A stretch of DNA of 40,683 nt from IMG/VR virus record IMGVR_UViG_3300036546_000170, positions 1 to 40,683 of that record. One strand, given 5' to 3'. The notes beneath the pieces are model-generated. The model worked only from the letters and a program-made list of their open reading frames with translations, did not search any database and was not told the origin of the DNA. The stretch is from a virus. Taxonomy: Duplodnaviria > Caudoviricetes. Of the stretch, positions 16,141 to 25,082 are shown one piece after another. Within the stretch, counting starts at the first letter, position 1. Every line of letters begins with the position of its first letter. A program made the translations under genes and the position numbers.

Positions 16141-16417
16141 ACCGCCTTAGTTTCTCCAGTTCGTCGCCATACCCATCAGGCAAGCGCTGGTCAGAGCCTT
16201 CGATGTTGTCAACTTCACGCTGTTTGTCCTCTTGCTCTTGGCGAATGGCCGGTGTCTGTGTGGCAACGTTATCAAGCGCCTTGGATGTGGCTTTCTCGGT
16301 GCGCTGTGATTGGCCCTGTGATTGAGTGCATCGGCTGATGACGACCGTAGCGAGGATCAGAAGCGCAATCACAGCGGCGAGGTAGAGCCAGGATTTGGCC
16401 TCGCGGAGGAAGGTCAT
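16127..16417 (-). CDS. Inner-membrane spanin (Rz-like)
   Basis: N-terminal TM plus helical periplasmic region, directly after the endolysin. Confidence 0.65.
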   Translation of the reverse strand: MTFLREAKSWLYLAAVIALLILATVVISRCTQSQGQSQRTEKATSKALDNVATQTPAIRQEQEDKQREVDNIEGSDQRLPDGYGDELEKLRRSKSK

Positions 16418-17082
16418 GACCACCCACCCAACGTCAACGCGCGCTCAAACGCCCGAGCCTCGCCAGCGATCTTGTCGGCTTTGTCGGTGCCGTTAATGAT
16501 GCGCCGGTCGTTCACGTAATCGCCAGCCGGATATGACGCCAAGGACTTGCCGGTAAACCAGCCTTCTTCCATGCCGCGAACCATGATGTCAGCGGCGATC
16601 TTCGGATCTAGCGCTAAGCGATAGTCGCGCGTCAGTGCGCCATTTAGGCCTAGTTCCGTGTCGGCCTTCTCATAGTTGTAGTCCCAAGTCAGTTGGACAT
16701 AGCCGCGACCGTAGGCGACCTGACCATGTTTGCCGGGAACGCCATATTTCTTGCCGCGTCCTTTGCCGTATTCCTCAATCGGCTGCATGGTCGAGGCTGT
16801 TTCATGCCAAGCCGTCGCCAATCCATAGGCGACATACTGGACGGGCCAAGCCGCCATTGCTTTCAGCAAGGCGTTGAAGCCATCCACTTGCGACTGTGAC
16901 AGTGGACCGAACTTGGCTCGGACTTCCTTAAAGAAGGCGTCAGGGTATTGGAGGGTGTGTGCCTGCCTCTCAGACAGCCCATACGCCGCCCATGTTTGGT
17001 CGCCCGCCCATCCGTCCACCTTTAGGCCTTTAGCGGCCTGTGCGGCGCGGATGAAGGCTTCGTTATCGGAGGCTTTGGTCAT
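16414..17082 (-). CDS. Endolysin, GH19 chitinase/lysozyme-like
   Basis: AYGLATAWHET..MQPIEE, YGRGYVQLTWDYNY, RRIING; N-terminal GLKVDGWAGDQT peptidoglycan-binding-like motif. Confidence 0.9.
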   Translation of the reverse strand: MTKASDNEAFIRAAQAAKGLKVDGWAGDQTWAAYGLSERQAHTLQYPDAFFKEVRAKFGPLSQSQVDGFNALLKAMAAWPVQYVAYGLATAWHETASTMQPIEEYGKGRGKKYGVPGKHGQVAYGRGYVQLTWDYNYEKADTELGLNGALTRDYRLALDPKIAADIMVRGMEEGWFTGKSLASYPAGDYVNDRRIINGTDKADKIAGEARAFERALTLGGWS

Positions 17083-17312
17083 TTCTTCGCCTCCACCTTG
17101 GCAACCTCAACGTCAGCGGTTTTCTTGGCCCCAAACGCGACCTCTGCCGCCTTGGCTCCATAGAGCGCCATTAGGATAATGCCGCCCGCTGTGATGACGC
17201 CAGCGTCTTTACCGTCGAATATGGCCCACGAAACAGCCGTGCCAGACGAGATAAGGCAATAGGGACGGGCAATCTCCCCGACGAACCATGCCGTGCGTTC
17301 CCATCCAGTCAT
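17079..17312 (-). CDS. Putative holin
   Basis: 77 aa, two hydrophobic segments, charged C-terminus, immediately upstream of the endolysin. Confidence 0.6.
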   Translation of the reverse strand: MTGWERTAWFVGEIARPYCLISSGTAVSWAIFDGKDAGVITAGGIILMALYGAKAAEVAFGAKKTADVEVAKVEAKK

Positions 17313-17716
17313 CCCGTCACCTCAAACTCAATGCCGGGGCTTTCGGACACTTCCGTCAGGCCGGGGCAGATCACGCTTTCGCGCAGACGAATGATGTATT
17401 TCCCCGGAACAAGGGGTTCCGTTAGAACTGTCTCATAGGTGCTGATAGGCTCTTTGATGGTCCGTGTAGGCACCGGCAGTCGGATCGTCTCGACACCGCG
17501 CCGTAGCTCCATCTGAGGGCCATTCGTGCAGCCTTCGATTGGCTTGCGGTGAATCTCTGCACTGATCGTCAGCTTGTCGGGCTCAACGATAGGAGGAGAC
17601 ACGGACACCCACTTGACTTTAGGGTCATCAAAAGAGCGCCATCCCACCACGCCAGCGAAGGCGACAAACGAGACGACGACGCCAATCTGAATCAGGCGCA
17701 TGGTGTGAACGGTCAT
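17309..17716 (-). CDS. Membrane-anchored protein with beta-rich extracytoplasmic domain
   Basis: N-terminal TM; two Cys; coupled in the lysis operon. Confidence 0.65.
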   Translation of the reverse strand: MTVHTMRLIQIGVVVSFVAFAGVVGWRSFDDPKVKWVSVSPPIVEPDKLTISAEIHRKPIEGCTNGPQMELRRGVETIRLPVPTRTIKEPISTYETVLTEPLVPGKYIIRLRESVICPGLTEVSESPGIEFEVTG

Positions 17717-18240
17717 CAGCCTACGCCTTTGAACACGACAGCGCCGATAGCCGTCACGAACGCCAGGATAACCGCCATGCCGACCGTGCGGCTGTTGTTC
17801 TCCACGCCCTCTAGGCGCTTGCTGACGGCGCTTAGAGCCTCAGTCGTGGCATACCCTTTCAGCTTGGCGTCTAGCTCGCCGGGAAGGGCGGCAATGGCGC
17901 GAGAGACCTTGTCCATTTCCCCGCGCAGGAAGATGTCCTTTTGTTCGGCCATGGTCGAAGCCGCGCGCGTTCGCTCGTCAATCCTTGCCAGCAATTCGCG
18001 GTCTGTGCTCATGGGGTTCTCGTCTATCATTTCTTCCTCAACGCGCGACGGCTGTAGGCGAGACGCGGACATCAAAATCTGTTTGACGTTGGCGAGCGGT
18101 GCGGCAGGAACATAGGGCGGAACAGCCATCGCCATCATGTCCTTGATTTCTCGTCGGGACACCACCATGCTCAGCGCCCACGCCAAAAGCGACGCTCCAG
18201 CGACTGCGAAGATCGCCATACCAAGTGCAAACGAGTTCAC
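17716..18240 (-). CDS. Membrane protein (N- and C-terminal TM, central coiled coil)
   Basis: GGAGG RBS 8 nt before GTG 18240; possible second start at ATG 18030 with GAGGA. Confidence 0.65.
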   Translation of the reverse strand: MNSFALGMAIFAVAGASLLAWALSMVVSRREIKDMMAMAVPPYVPAAPLANVKQILMSASRLQPSRVEEEMIDENPMSTDRELLARIDERTRAASTMAEQKDIFLRGEMDKVSRAIAALPGELDAKLKGYATTEALSAVSKRLEGVENNSRTVGMAVILAFVTAIGAVVFKGVG

Positions 18241-18646
18241 CGATACGGCCTCCGCTCAGCCATGAAAGTCCCAAGACCTGCGCAATCAGTAGCGCATTTT
18301 CCGAATGAACGTAAGGCAACCAGAGGTCGGTGCCGATAGAATAGGCAAACCAATAAAGCCCATGCCACAAGACCATGAGAGAGAAGGTCGCGGGCATGAT
18401 CCATGTCCAACGATGGCGCGTCACTAGAGACAGGGACAAAAAACCCGCACACAGGTCAATCAACGCTCTGACTATAAGCTCAGCCTGTAGTTCTGTTAGA
18501 GCCCAAACCGGATCACTGATGACGGCTTTGGAGATAGCCGTCTGGACGAAGACAAGCGCTAGCAGGGCAAGCGAAGGCCACGCGCGCCGATCCATAGCTG
18601 CAACCACAGCCAAGACGATTCCTACAGTCCAGACGGCTTGGAGCAT
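18038..18646 (-). CDS. Multi-pass membrane protein (about 5 TM)
   Basis: Multiple hydrophobic segments; TAATG coupling to the upstream micro-ORF. Confidence 0.7.
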   Translation of the reverse strand: MLQAVWTVGIVLAVVAAMDRRAWPSLALLALVFVQTAISKAVISDPVWALTELQAELIVRALIDLCAGFLSLSLVTRHRWTWIMPATFSLMVLWHGLYWFAYSIGTDLWLPYVHSENALLIAQVLGLSWLSGGRIGELVCTWYGDLRSRWSVAFGVGAEHGGVPTRNQGHDGDGCSALCSCRTARQRQTDFDVRVSPTAVAR

Positions 18647-18738
18647 TACCGACTCGTTCGCGGTTTAGGGCGGGGCTTGGGCGGTGGCGGGCTGTTTTTC
18701 GGATTCATCGGAGCGCCGGTTTTGCGTGACTTGCTCAT
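18646..18738 (-). CDS. Basic polyproline micro-protein, 30 aa
   Basis: MSKSRKTGAPMNPKNSPPPPKPRPKPRTSR; TGATG and TAATG overlaps; GGGAG/GGAG upstream. Confidence 0.6.
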   Translation of the reverse strand: MSKSRKTGAPMNPKNSPPPPKPRPKPRTSR

Positions 18739-18848
18739 CACTCCGTCTCCCGGCTGTGCTTGATGGTGCAGTTTAGGCGTCCGCAAACACGGCATTGATT
18801 GGGCGGAGGAGGTGGATTTTGGGGGTCCAGAGGATCGCCGTCAGCCAT
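18738..18848 (-). CDS. Polyproline/Cys-His micro-protein, 36 aa
   Basis: MADGDPLDPQNPPPPPNQCRVCGRLNCTIKHSRETE; GGAG RBS 8 nt upstream. Confidence 0.6.
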   Translation of the reverse strand: MADGDPLDPQNPPPPPNQCRVCGRLNCTIKHSRETE

Positions 18849-18889
18849 ATCAGTAACTCCAAAGGGCGGGATTGCCCGGCATCAAGTTA

Positions 18890-20857
18890 TCAGTAGGTCA
18901 GGGGCGTGGCGATAGATTTGTTGACTGCGCCAGAGTTGTCGGAAACCGTGCTGAGGCAATCTCGGATGCGGGCGCGGTTAATTGTGAAGTTGGTGACAGA
19001 AGAACCAATGAAAATCCCCCAAGTAGGGGCGTTGGCGCTGGCCCCGCGTTCAACGATTCCCTCTCCAACGGAAACGTCATCAATCGCGCCCTGAAGCACG
19101 ATCCCCCCTTTGTTCGCGGCCCCTCCCGCTCTAATGCCGCTTAGCTTGTATCCGGGTAAGATTTCGATCTTTCGGCCCTTGCCGACATCAATTCCGTTCT
19201 CGCCAATGACCAAGGTGTTGTGGACATCAAATGCTGTCTTCAGCATATTGGACGAGCCGCTATCCAAGAACATAAGAATACCCGACTGTCCGGTATTGTA
19301 GATCATGGCAAACTCAAGAACGTGAAGCCCAAATCCTCCAGTGTATGAGCCGGTAGGGTCAATAATAGCCAGCCCATTCTCGGAGACGGTGTCTAGGTAT
19401 CCTTGAGAGATGTTTACGGAATACAAGATACTGTCGTCAGCGCGAGGAATCATAGAGATTGCGTTGCGGCAAAAACCAAGATGGGGCTGTGTCATAAACA
19501 GGCCGTCAACGTCTTCAATTAGCACGGCATGATGAAGGTGGTTGTTTCCATTCTGGCCGCGCCAATCGACGCTATCGATGTGAATTTCAGCGGGGATCGT
19601 AGGAGTGCTTCCCTTGCCTACGCGAAGCAGATGCGAGCCAGGTCGGAACGCTGCGAAGTTCGCATCCGATGTGATGTCGCAACTTCCAGCGATATGGCAA
19701 TGAACCGACCCCTCAAGATAGACCCCGCCGTGGTGAGCAGCCAATCGCGTCGTCCCGATACGAGCATTGTTCGCTTGTGTCAGTCGAATGATGTTGCCTG
19801 AAGTCGTATCAACTTGCGTGTACGAACCAAAGTCGTGAAACTCAACGCCTTGAATGTTGGGGCCGCTGGTGGGGTAGGCGTGAAACACATCGCCGTAATC
19901 CGTCATCGGCATAAACAGCGTTGCTCCGACTCCATCGCCCCTAGTGACCGTGCCGCTTCCCGTTATGTTTAGGGTGCTTCTTAGAGGGTACGAGCCAGAG
20001 GGCGCATATACTGTCGCCCCACCTTCGAGCGCCGCATCATCATAGGCCTGCTGAATGTAAGCCGACACGTCGCCAAAATACGACCGAGACGCAATGCTTG
20101 AGTGCAAATTCGTAGGGATATAATCGAGGACATTTATCGTCCGTTCGTTCAGATTTATTCGGAAGGTCCGACGCTGAACAATGTTTCCTCCTGCAATATC
20201 GGCCTTGCCTGCTACAACGGCGTTGGCGGCGGCTGTGCCAGCGGTGGATCCTGCCGTTGTTCCGGCCGCTGCGCCCGCCGTTGTTCCGGCCGCTGCGCCC
20301 GCCGTAGCACCAGCAGCAGCGCCCGCAATAGCGCCGTTGACCGTGGCGTCTTCAGCGGCTTGTTGGGCCTCTGCGACAGCGGCATTCAAGTCAGCCAGAA
20401 GCACCGACGCTCCAACGCCGATATTCCCGCCTTCAATGCTGACCTCAACGCAATCGCCATTGATGGAAACTTCAATATCGCCGCATGTGTCGCACGAACC
20501 AGCGTTGTTCAGGCCAAGCAAGATGAACGGGCCGCCAAGGGTCCAGTTTTCAAACCCGGAACCATCGGTCAGAACGATGTCGTAGGACAGGATTTCATCG
20601 TCAGTGTCAGGCGATCCACTGTCCAACAGCGCCATGTCCGCCTTTTCAAGCGTCAGGACTAGGGCGTCATCAACGTTCGCGAACACCGAGCCATTAGGGG
20701 TAGCTGCGCTCGTGACTTGCAGCAAAACAGTCGTTCCACGGCGGATCGTGAACAGCGGCGTAAAGGCTGCGAACGAGAAAAACCGTCCGCGCGGTGTATA
20801 AGTGACGCGCTTGTCGCTGTTGCGGCGGGCCAGGATTTTCTCAGCCGAGCAAGTCAT
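18890..20857 (-). CDS. Tailspike / receptor-binding protein with pectin-lyase-like beta-helix
   Basis: INVLDY..DVSAYIQQAYD..GGATVYAPSGSY..GDG motif; Ala/Gly linker; position after ejection genes. Confidence 0.85.
   Translation of the reverse strand: MTCSAEKILARRNSDKRVTYTPRGRFFSFAAFTPLFTIRRGTTVLLQVTSAATPNGSVFANVDDALVLTLEKADMALLDSGSPDTDDEILSYDIVLTDGSGFENWTLGGPFILLGLNNAGSCDTCGDIEVSINGDCVEVSIEGGNIGVGASVLLADLNAAVAEAQQAAEDATVNGAIAGAAAGATAGAAAGTTAGAAAGTTAGSTAGTAAANAVVAGKADIAGGNIVQRRTFRINLNERTINVLDYIPTNLHSSIASRSYFGDVSAYIQQAYDDAALEGGATVYAPSGSYPLRSTLNITGSGTVTRGDGVGATLFMPMTDYGDVFHAYPTSGPNIQGVEFHDFGSYTQVDTTSGNIIRLTQANNARIGTTRLAAHHGGVYLEGSVHCHIAGSCDITSDANFAAFRPGSHLLRVGKGSTPTIPAEIHIDSVDWRGQNGNNHLHHAVLIEDVDGLFMTQPHLGFCRNAISMIPRADDSILYSVNISQGYLDTVSENGLAIIDPTGSYTGGFGLHVLEFAMIYNTGQSGILMFLDSGSSNMLKTAFDVHNTLVIGENGIDVGKGRKIEILPGYKLSGIRAGGAANKGGIVLQGAIDDVSVGEGIVERGASANAPTWGIFIGSSVTNFTINRARIRDCLSTVSDNSGAVNKSIATPLTY
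20253..20324. repeat. 24-bp tandem repeat in tailspike linker
   Basis: GCCGTTGTTCCGGCCGCTGCGCCC twice plus a degenerate third copy; encodes GAAAGTTA units. Confidence 0.9.
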
Positions 20858-20871
20858 GTTATTGTGGCCCC

Positions 20872-21153
20872 ATGAACAGAATTCTAATCGTCGCCACACT
20901 TCTCGCCGTCGTGGCTTCTGGCTTTATCAGCCAGTTTTGGCTCTTTATCGCACTCATCGCGCTTGCGCTCGTGCTAGTGGTGGACTCAGAGACGCGACGG
21001 GAGCGTTTGCAGGAGCGCCTTGGTCTTGCTGAAGACGCTCTAGAAGCTGCATGTAAAGCGGCACAGCGGCGGGATTCTGATGAACCGTGTCCAGAAGCGA
21101 AAGAGCCTGCGCGGTTGTATCATCTCGACCAATGGCGCGATAAGCAGAGTTAA
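20872..21153 (+). CDS. Antisense two-TM membrane protein, candidate superinfection exclusion
   Basis: Strong hydrophobic hairpin plus charged tail; extended -10 element 6 nt upstream; lies between ejection and tailspike genes. Confidence 0.55.
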   Translation: MNRILIVATLLAVVASGFISQFWLFIALIALALVLVVDSETRRERLQERLGLAEDALEAACKAAQRRDSDEPCPEAKEPARLYHLDQWRDKQS

Positions 21154-23371
21154 CCGCGCGCTGGACAGGCGACGAGTACGCTGCCGAACCCGCTCCGATA
21201 CCAAGCGCACTAAGACCCGCGAGCGCCTGGCCGACAGGATTACCGAAAGCCGCCGCGCCTCCACCGAGGCCGCCTGCCGTTAGCAGGGACCGCAAGGGTG
21301 TTCCGCTATCAGGAACCGAGGAAGGCAGGACGGCCGCAGCCGCATCGCTTAGAGTCTGTAATCGCCCACCGCCACGGCTATAACGACCTTCGCCAGCCGC
21401 TTGACGAACAGCGCGGTTCATAGTCGCGGGAGACGCTTCTGCTCCACGTCCCGCCGAAGCTACGTCCGAGGTCGCCTTCTGGATGATCTTGAACGTGGCG
21501 TAGGCGTCATCGACATTGCGCACCGCCGCCAGGGCTTCTGGCGAGACAGCGCCCAGCCGTTCGGACCACAGGCCGCGAACCTCATTCAGTTTGTCACGCA
21601 ATAGGCGCTGTTCAGGCGCGTTTACAGCCGCCCGATCAGCAGCGCGAATGTCTGCCGAAAGCTCGCTATCAATGCGCTTCCATGTCTGGCCGTCAATCGC
21701 TTCATCAGCTCGCCCGACCGTATTAGAGATCAGAGAGCGAAGGTTGCGACGCAGGGTAGGTGGCATGGATGCATCGTCAGCAATACGCGTAAGCGCCTCT
21801 ACATAGCCATCAGGACGCGGAATCTCAGTGACGGGGTTAAGCGCCTCGTCATAAGACCGGCTGAAGGCCTGAGACGCGTCCTGCATACGCCCACGTCCGC
21901 GACGGGTCGTCTCTGAGCCAATCTGTGCAAGCGTGTCGTTTATGGCCGCGTCGTTGAACGTCTCAAGCCCACGACGTTGAGCACCCTTGATGGCGTCTCC
22001 CATGAACGGAATCGAGGTCAGGCCGTCCTCAATGCGCTTGAACGCACCACCGGCCATTTGCCCCGGCGTCAGATCAACGCCTGCATTGGACAAGATGCGA
22101 GCATCGGAAGGGTTAGACGCGCGATTAGCCGCTCGTCCCGCGATGCTTTCCGCCAGACGGTCACCGCCTCGTTGCAGCAAGCCTCCCGTTACAGCGCCAA
22201 GAGCGCCTCCCTCAAGGCCTGCTTGCGCTCGCTCCCCGAGGCCTCCATCAGCCGCCCCGGCTCCATACAGCGCGCCAAGGCCGCCACCGACTTGAGTGGC
22301 GCGAATAGCCTTTTCCGCAGCGTTCGTTCCGCGACCAATGAAACCCGCGCCAGGAGCGGCAAAGCTCAAGCCAAACCCAGCGACGCCGCCGAGATTACGC
22401 GCCCCCCGATTCGTCTGATTCAACAGATCTTTCGTCAGCCGCTGCTCATCGCGCACGTCGCTGTAACCACGACCAGACATCGCGCCCTGAGCCAATGCAG
22501 CCGCCTCATCCAGAAACGGCACTTGCTCCGATGCAGCGGTAGCGAATGCCTCTGTCGCGTCGTAGGCGTTAGGCGGACGAATATAGGTGTTGCTGCCCGG
22601 CTGAAACTCGCTGTTGCTGGTCGGCTGGCCTTGGAAGGCATCCCCAGTCAGTTGGAACGGCTGGCCTTCTTTGTTGATCGCCCATGCGCCTTTGACCAGA
22701 AGCGGAATCTGGTCGTTATAGAGCTTTTCGCGAAGGTCGATAGGGTTCTGACGAGTGCCTTGTTGGGCGCTGGGGTCAATGGCGTCCGCAATCTCGAAGC
22801 CTTCGGGAGGCGGCGGCGCTGCGACCATTTCTGTAGAAGGTGACATGTCAGCAGCGGCCGCAGGCATAGCGCCAGAACCACCAGACCACCGGCCTAGAAC
22901 CTCATCTGCATAGCGCTGCGTCTTCGGTCCCCACAGATTACGGTCAGGACCGCCATGATAATACATCAGGGCTTCACGCGCGTTGCCGGTCTTCTGGAAG
23001 CCCTCTTCCAGATAGGCACGACCCAATTGATCCTGATACGCCGCCGCTTCTGGCGTCGTTCCAGTCAGCAGGTCTTCGCGATAAGGGATGCCAAGATTTC
23101 TTGCGATACCACGTGCGGTCGAAGGTAGAACCTGAGTGCGCCCCAAGGCCTGACCGTATTGCGTCATGGGTCCGCGCACACCAGCACGACCACCCGACTC
23201 CTGAGCAACCAGCGAATCAAAGACCTCGTTCGCAGACGAAGGCATGGGACCATTATAACGCGGCTGCGCTGAAGCACGGTTTTGAGGCGGTGTGGATTGC
23301 GCCGGTGACGCCATTGCCGAGCCCTCAAGCTCAAACCCTGGCGGTGGCGGCGGAATGTCGTTTTGATCCAT
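20954..23371 (-). CDS. Internal virion/ejection protein with lytic transglycosylase domain
   Basis: VAQESGG..ALGRTQVLPSTA..YL..ALMYYHGGP SLT-like motifs; Gly/Ala-rich body. Confidence 0.85.
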   Translation of the reverse strand: MDQNDIPPPPPGFELEGSAMASPAQSTPPQNRASAQPRYNGPMPSSANEVFDSLVAQESGGRAGVRGPMTQYGQALGRTQVLPSTARGIARNLGIPYREDLLTGTTPEAAAYQDQLGRAYLEEGFQKTGNAREALMYYHGGPDRNLWGPKTQRYADEVLGRWSGGSGAMPAAAADMSPSTEMVAAPPPPEGFEIADAIDPSAQQGTRQNPIDLREKLYNDQIPLLVKGAWAINKEGQPFQLTGDAFQGQPTSNSEFQPGSNTYIRPPNAYDATEAFATAASEQVPFLDEAAALAQGAMSGRGYSDVRDEQRLTKDLLNQTNRGARNLGGVAGFGLSFAAPGAGFIGRGTNAAEKAIRATQVGGGLGALYGAGAADGGLGERAQAGLEGGALGAVTGGLLQRGGDRLAESIAGRAANRASNPSDARILSNAGVDLTPGQMAGGAFKRIEDGLTSIPFMGDAIKGAQRRGLETFNDAAINDTLAQIGSETTRRGRGRMQDASQAFSRSYDEALNPVTEIPRPDGYVEALTRIADDASMPPTLRRNLRSLISNTVGRADEAIDGQTWKRIDSELSADIRAADRAAVNAPEQRLLRDKLNEVRGLWSERLGAVSPEALAAVRNVDDAYATFKIIQKATSDVASAGRGAEASPATMNRAVRQAAGEGRYSRGGGRLQTLSDAAAAVLPSSVPDSGTPLRSLLTAGGLGGGAAAFGNPVGQALAGLSALGIGAGSAAYSSPVQRAVNSAYRAIGRDDTTAQALSLLDTVHQNPAAVPLYMQLLERLQQDQGAPANAPVASLSPPLARAQAR

Positions 23372-24495
23372 TAGAGCGGAACCCACTGCGAACCGTTCCA
23401 CTGAACACGAGCGCCGGTTCGGGGGTTAACGGCGATAGGACGTGCAGATGCTCCACCGCCAGTCGTGGGCGTCGTCTCACGGAGCTTCTTGACCAGACCA
23501 TCAACGACCGCAAACGACCGCTCAAGCTCTGGCGGCGACATATCAGCCGACAGACTGGCGACTGTAGCAGCCAGCATACGGGCTTCCGAATCCGACAGCG
23601 CGCCAAGGCCAGACGCACCAGTCGGGCTGCTGTTCTTCATATCCATAAGTTTGTCGAACGTCAGGTTGCCCTTCAGCGTGTCGATCTGGCCTTCAAGGTT
23701 TGCGCGCTTCTGCCGCTGCCACGGCAGAAGGTTCGTCCAAACTCCCGCCGCGTCAATAAACTCACGACCGCGCGTAAGGGCCTGCTCCATGCTGTCAGCC
23801 GTCTGCGTTTGTGCTGTCGCCTTACCTGCCGCAGCCGTTCGACGCTGCTCTTCGGCCCGTTGAGCCTCAGATTGACGAATGCCAAGGTCGGCCTGCTTAA
23901 TGCCGAGTTCGGCTTGCGCGAGACCGGTGTCAGTCGCGAGCTTGCGTTCGTCAAGACCAAGGCGACGATCAAACTGATTCACGTCAGCTGCCAATCTTCC
24001 TTGCTGGACTTGTTCAGCAATCGAGGGTGTCGTGCGCGTGAACACCGGTGCGATACCCTCTGAAGTTCGACGGAGAATCGTGTCTCCGCTCTCCGTAAAC
24101 GACGGCTGCTCAACCGTTCGGCGGCCTGCCACGGCTTGAGCAGCCCCTGCTCCGATGACTTGAGGCGCGTATTGCTGACCTACGTTTTTCGCCCACTCTT
24201 GAGGCGCGGTTTGGAACAGAGCCCGTTCGGTCGGGTCCGTGATTCCAGCCGCGATTGATGCTTGCTGCATACGCTGAGCCTGCGCCGCCTGTGACGCCTG
24301 CTCCCGCTGCTCATACATCCGCCCCACGTCGTTCGGATTGTACCCCGCCGCCACGCCCCAAATATAATCCAGCAGCCCCGGCTTCTTAGCCGCAGGCGCA
24401 CGGCCTTGAGGGATAGCCGCAATAGCCTCGTTCGCACCCGCAAACATGGATTGGCGGGGCGGCTGATTGTAGAGCGTGTCAAAGATAGACGACAT
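23371..24495 (-). CDS. Internal virion/ejection protein
   Basis: Helical Ala/Gln-rich; GLGALSDSEARML; synteny. Confidence 0.75.
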   Translation of the reverse strand: MSSIFDTLYNQPPRQSMFAGANEAIAAIPQGRAPAAKKPGLLDYIWGVAAGYNPNDVGRMYEQREQASQAAQAQRMQQASIAAGITDPTERALFQTAPQEWAKNVGQQYAPQVIGAGAAQAVAGRRTVEQPSFTESGDTILRRTSEGIAPVFTRTTPSIAEQVQQGRLAADVNQFDRRLGLDERKLATDTGLAQAELGIKQADLGIRQSEAQRAEEQRRTAAAGKATAQTQTADSMEQALTRGREFIDAAGVWTNLLPWQRQKRANLEGQIDTLKGNLTFDKLMDMKNSSPTGASGLGALSDSEARMLAATVASLSADMSPPELERSFAVVDGLVKKLRETTPTTGGGASARPIAVNPRTGARVQWNGSQWVPL

Positions 24496-25082
24496 CAGCC
24501 CGGCATCCCTGGAACCTTCGGAGCCCAACTAAACCCGAATTGCGACGTACTACCCGTCGATTTGTTCAGGCCTTGGCTTGTGCCGCTCGTGGTTGTATTC
24601 GCGCCCATGTAGCGCGCCAGAAGATCCGCAAGAGACTGGTTCTGCGTCATGCTGAAGGCGTTCTGGTTTTGATTTTCAGCCTGCGCAATCGCTTGAGCTT
24701 GCGAATAACCCTGTTGCATCAGGTTCGCGATGGTTGACGAGCGGTTGCGGTCGATATTGCCTGCAAGCTCAGCTTCGTAAACCCCTTGTCGCTTATCCCC
24801 GAACGCCCCTGCCTGCGCAAACTCCGCGCGCTGTTGATTGCCCGCAAGCTCGCCTTCGCGGTTAATCTGGGCGACAGATGAATCAATCACGTCCTGCTGA
24901 TACGGGTTGAAATACTGCGCCACAGAGCCAGGATCGAACTTTTGGTAGTTCTGACCCTCAAGGCGAGCCATCGCGTCGCGATAAGCGGACTCGCCCGCTG
25001 CGTTGAGCCCCGTATTTTGCGTAAAGGATTGCGAGGTCTCTTGGCTAGACTTCGACTTGCCCTTGCTGCCGCCGATACTCAT
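24495..25082 (-). CDS. Internal virion/ejection protein
   Basis: GGSKGKS start, YFNPYQQDVID, QAGAFG; Ser/Gln-rich; synteny. Confidence 0.75.
   Translation of the reverse strand: MSIGGSKGKSKSSQETSQSFTQNTGLNAAGESAYRDAMARLEGQNYQKFDPGSVAQYFNPYQQDVIDSSVAQINREGELAGNQQRAEFAQAGAFGDKRQGVYEAELAGNIDRNRSSTIANLMQQGYSQAQAIAQAENQNQNAFSMTQNQSLADLLARYMGANTTTSGTSQGLNKSTGSTSQFGFSWAPKVPGMPG

Noticed and set aside
21977-24063. Long plus-strand ORFs (21977-22843, 23101-24063) and similar antisense ORFs elsewhere
   Set aside because: Shadow frames of well-supported minus-strand genes in GC-rich DNA; Arg/Ser-rich products without motifs or RBS.
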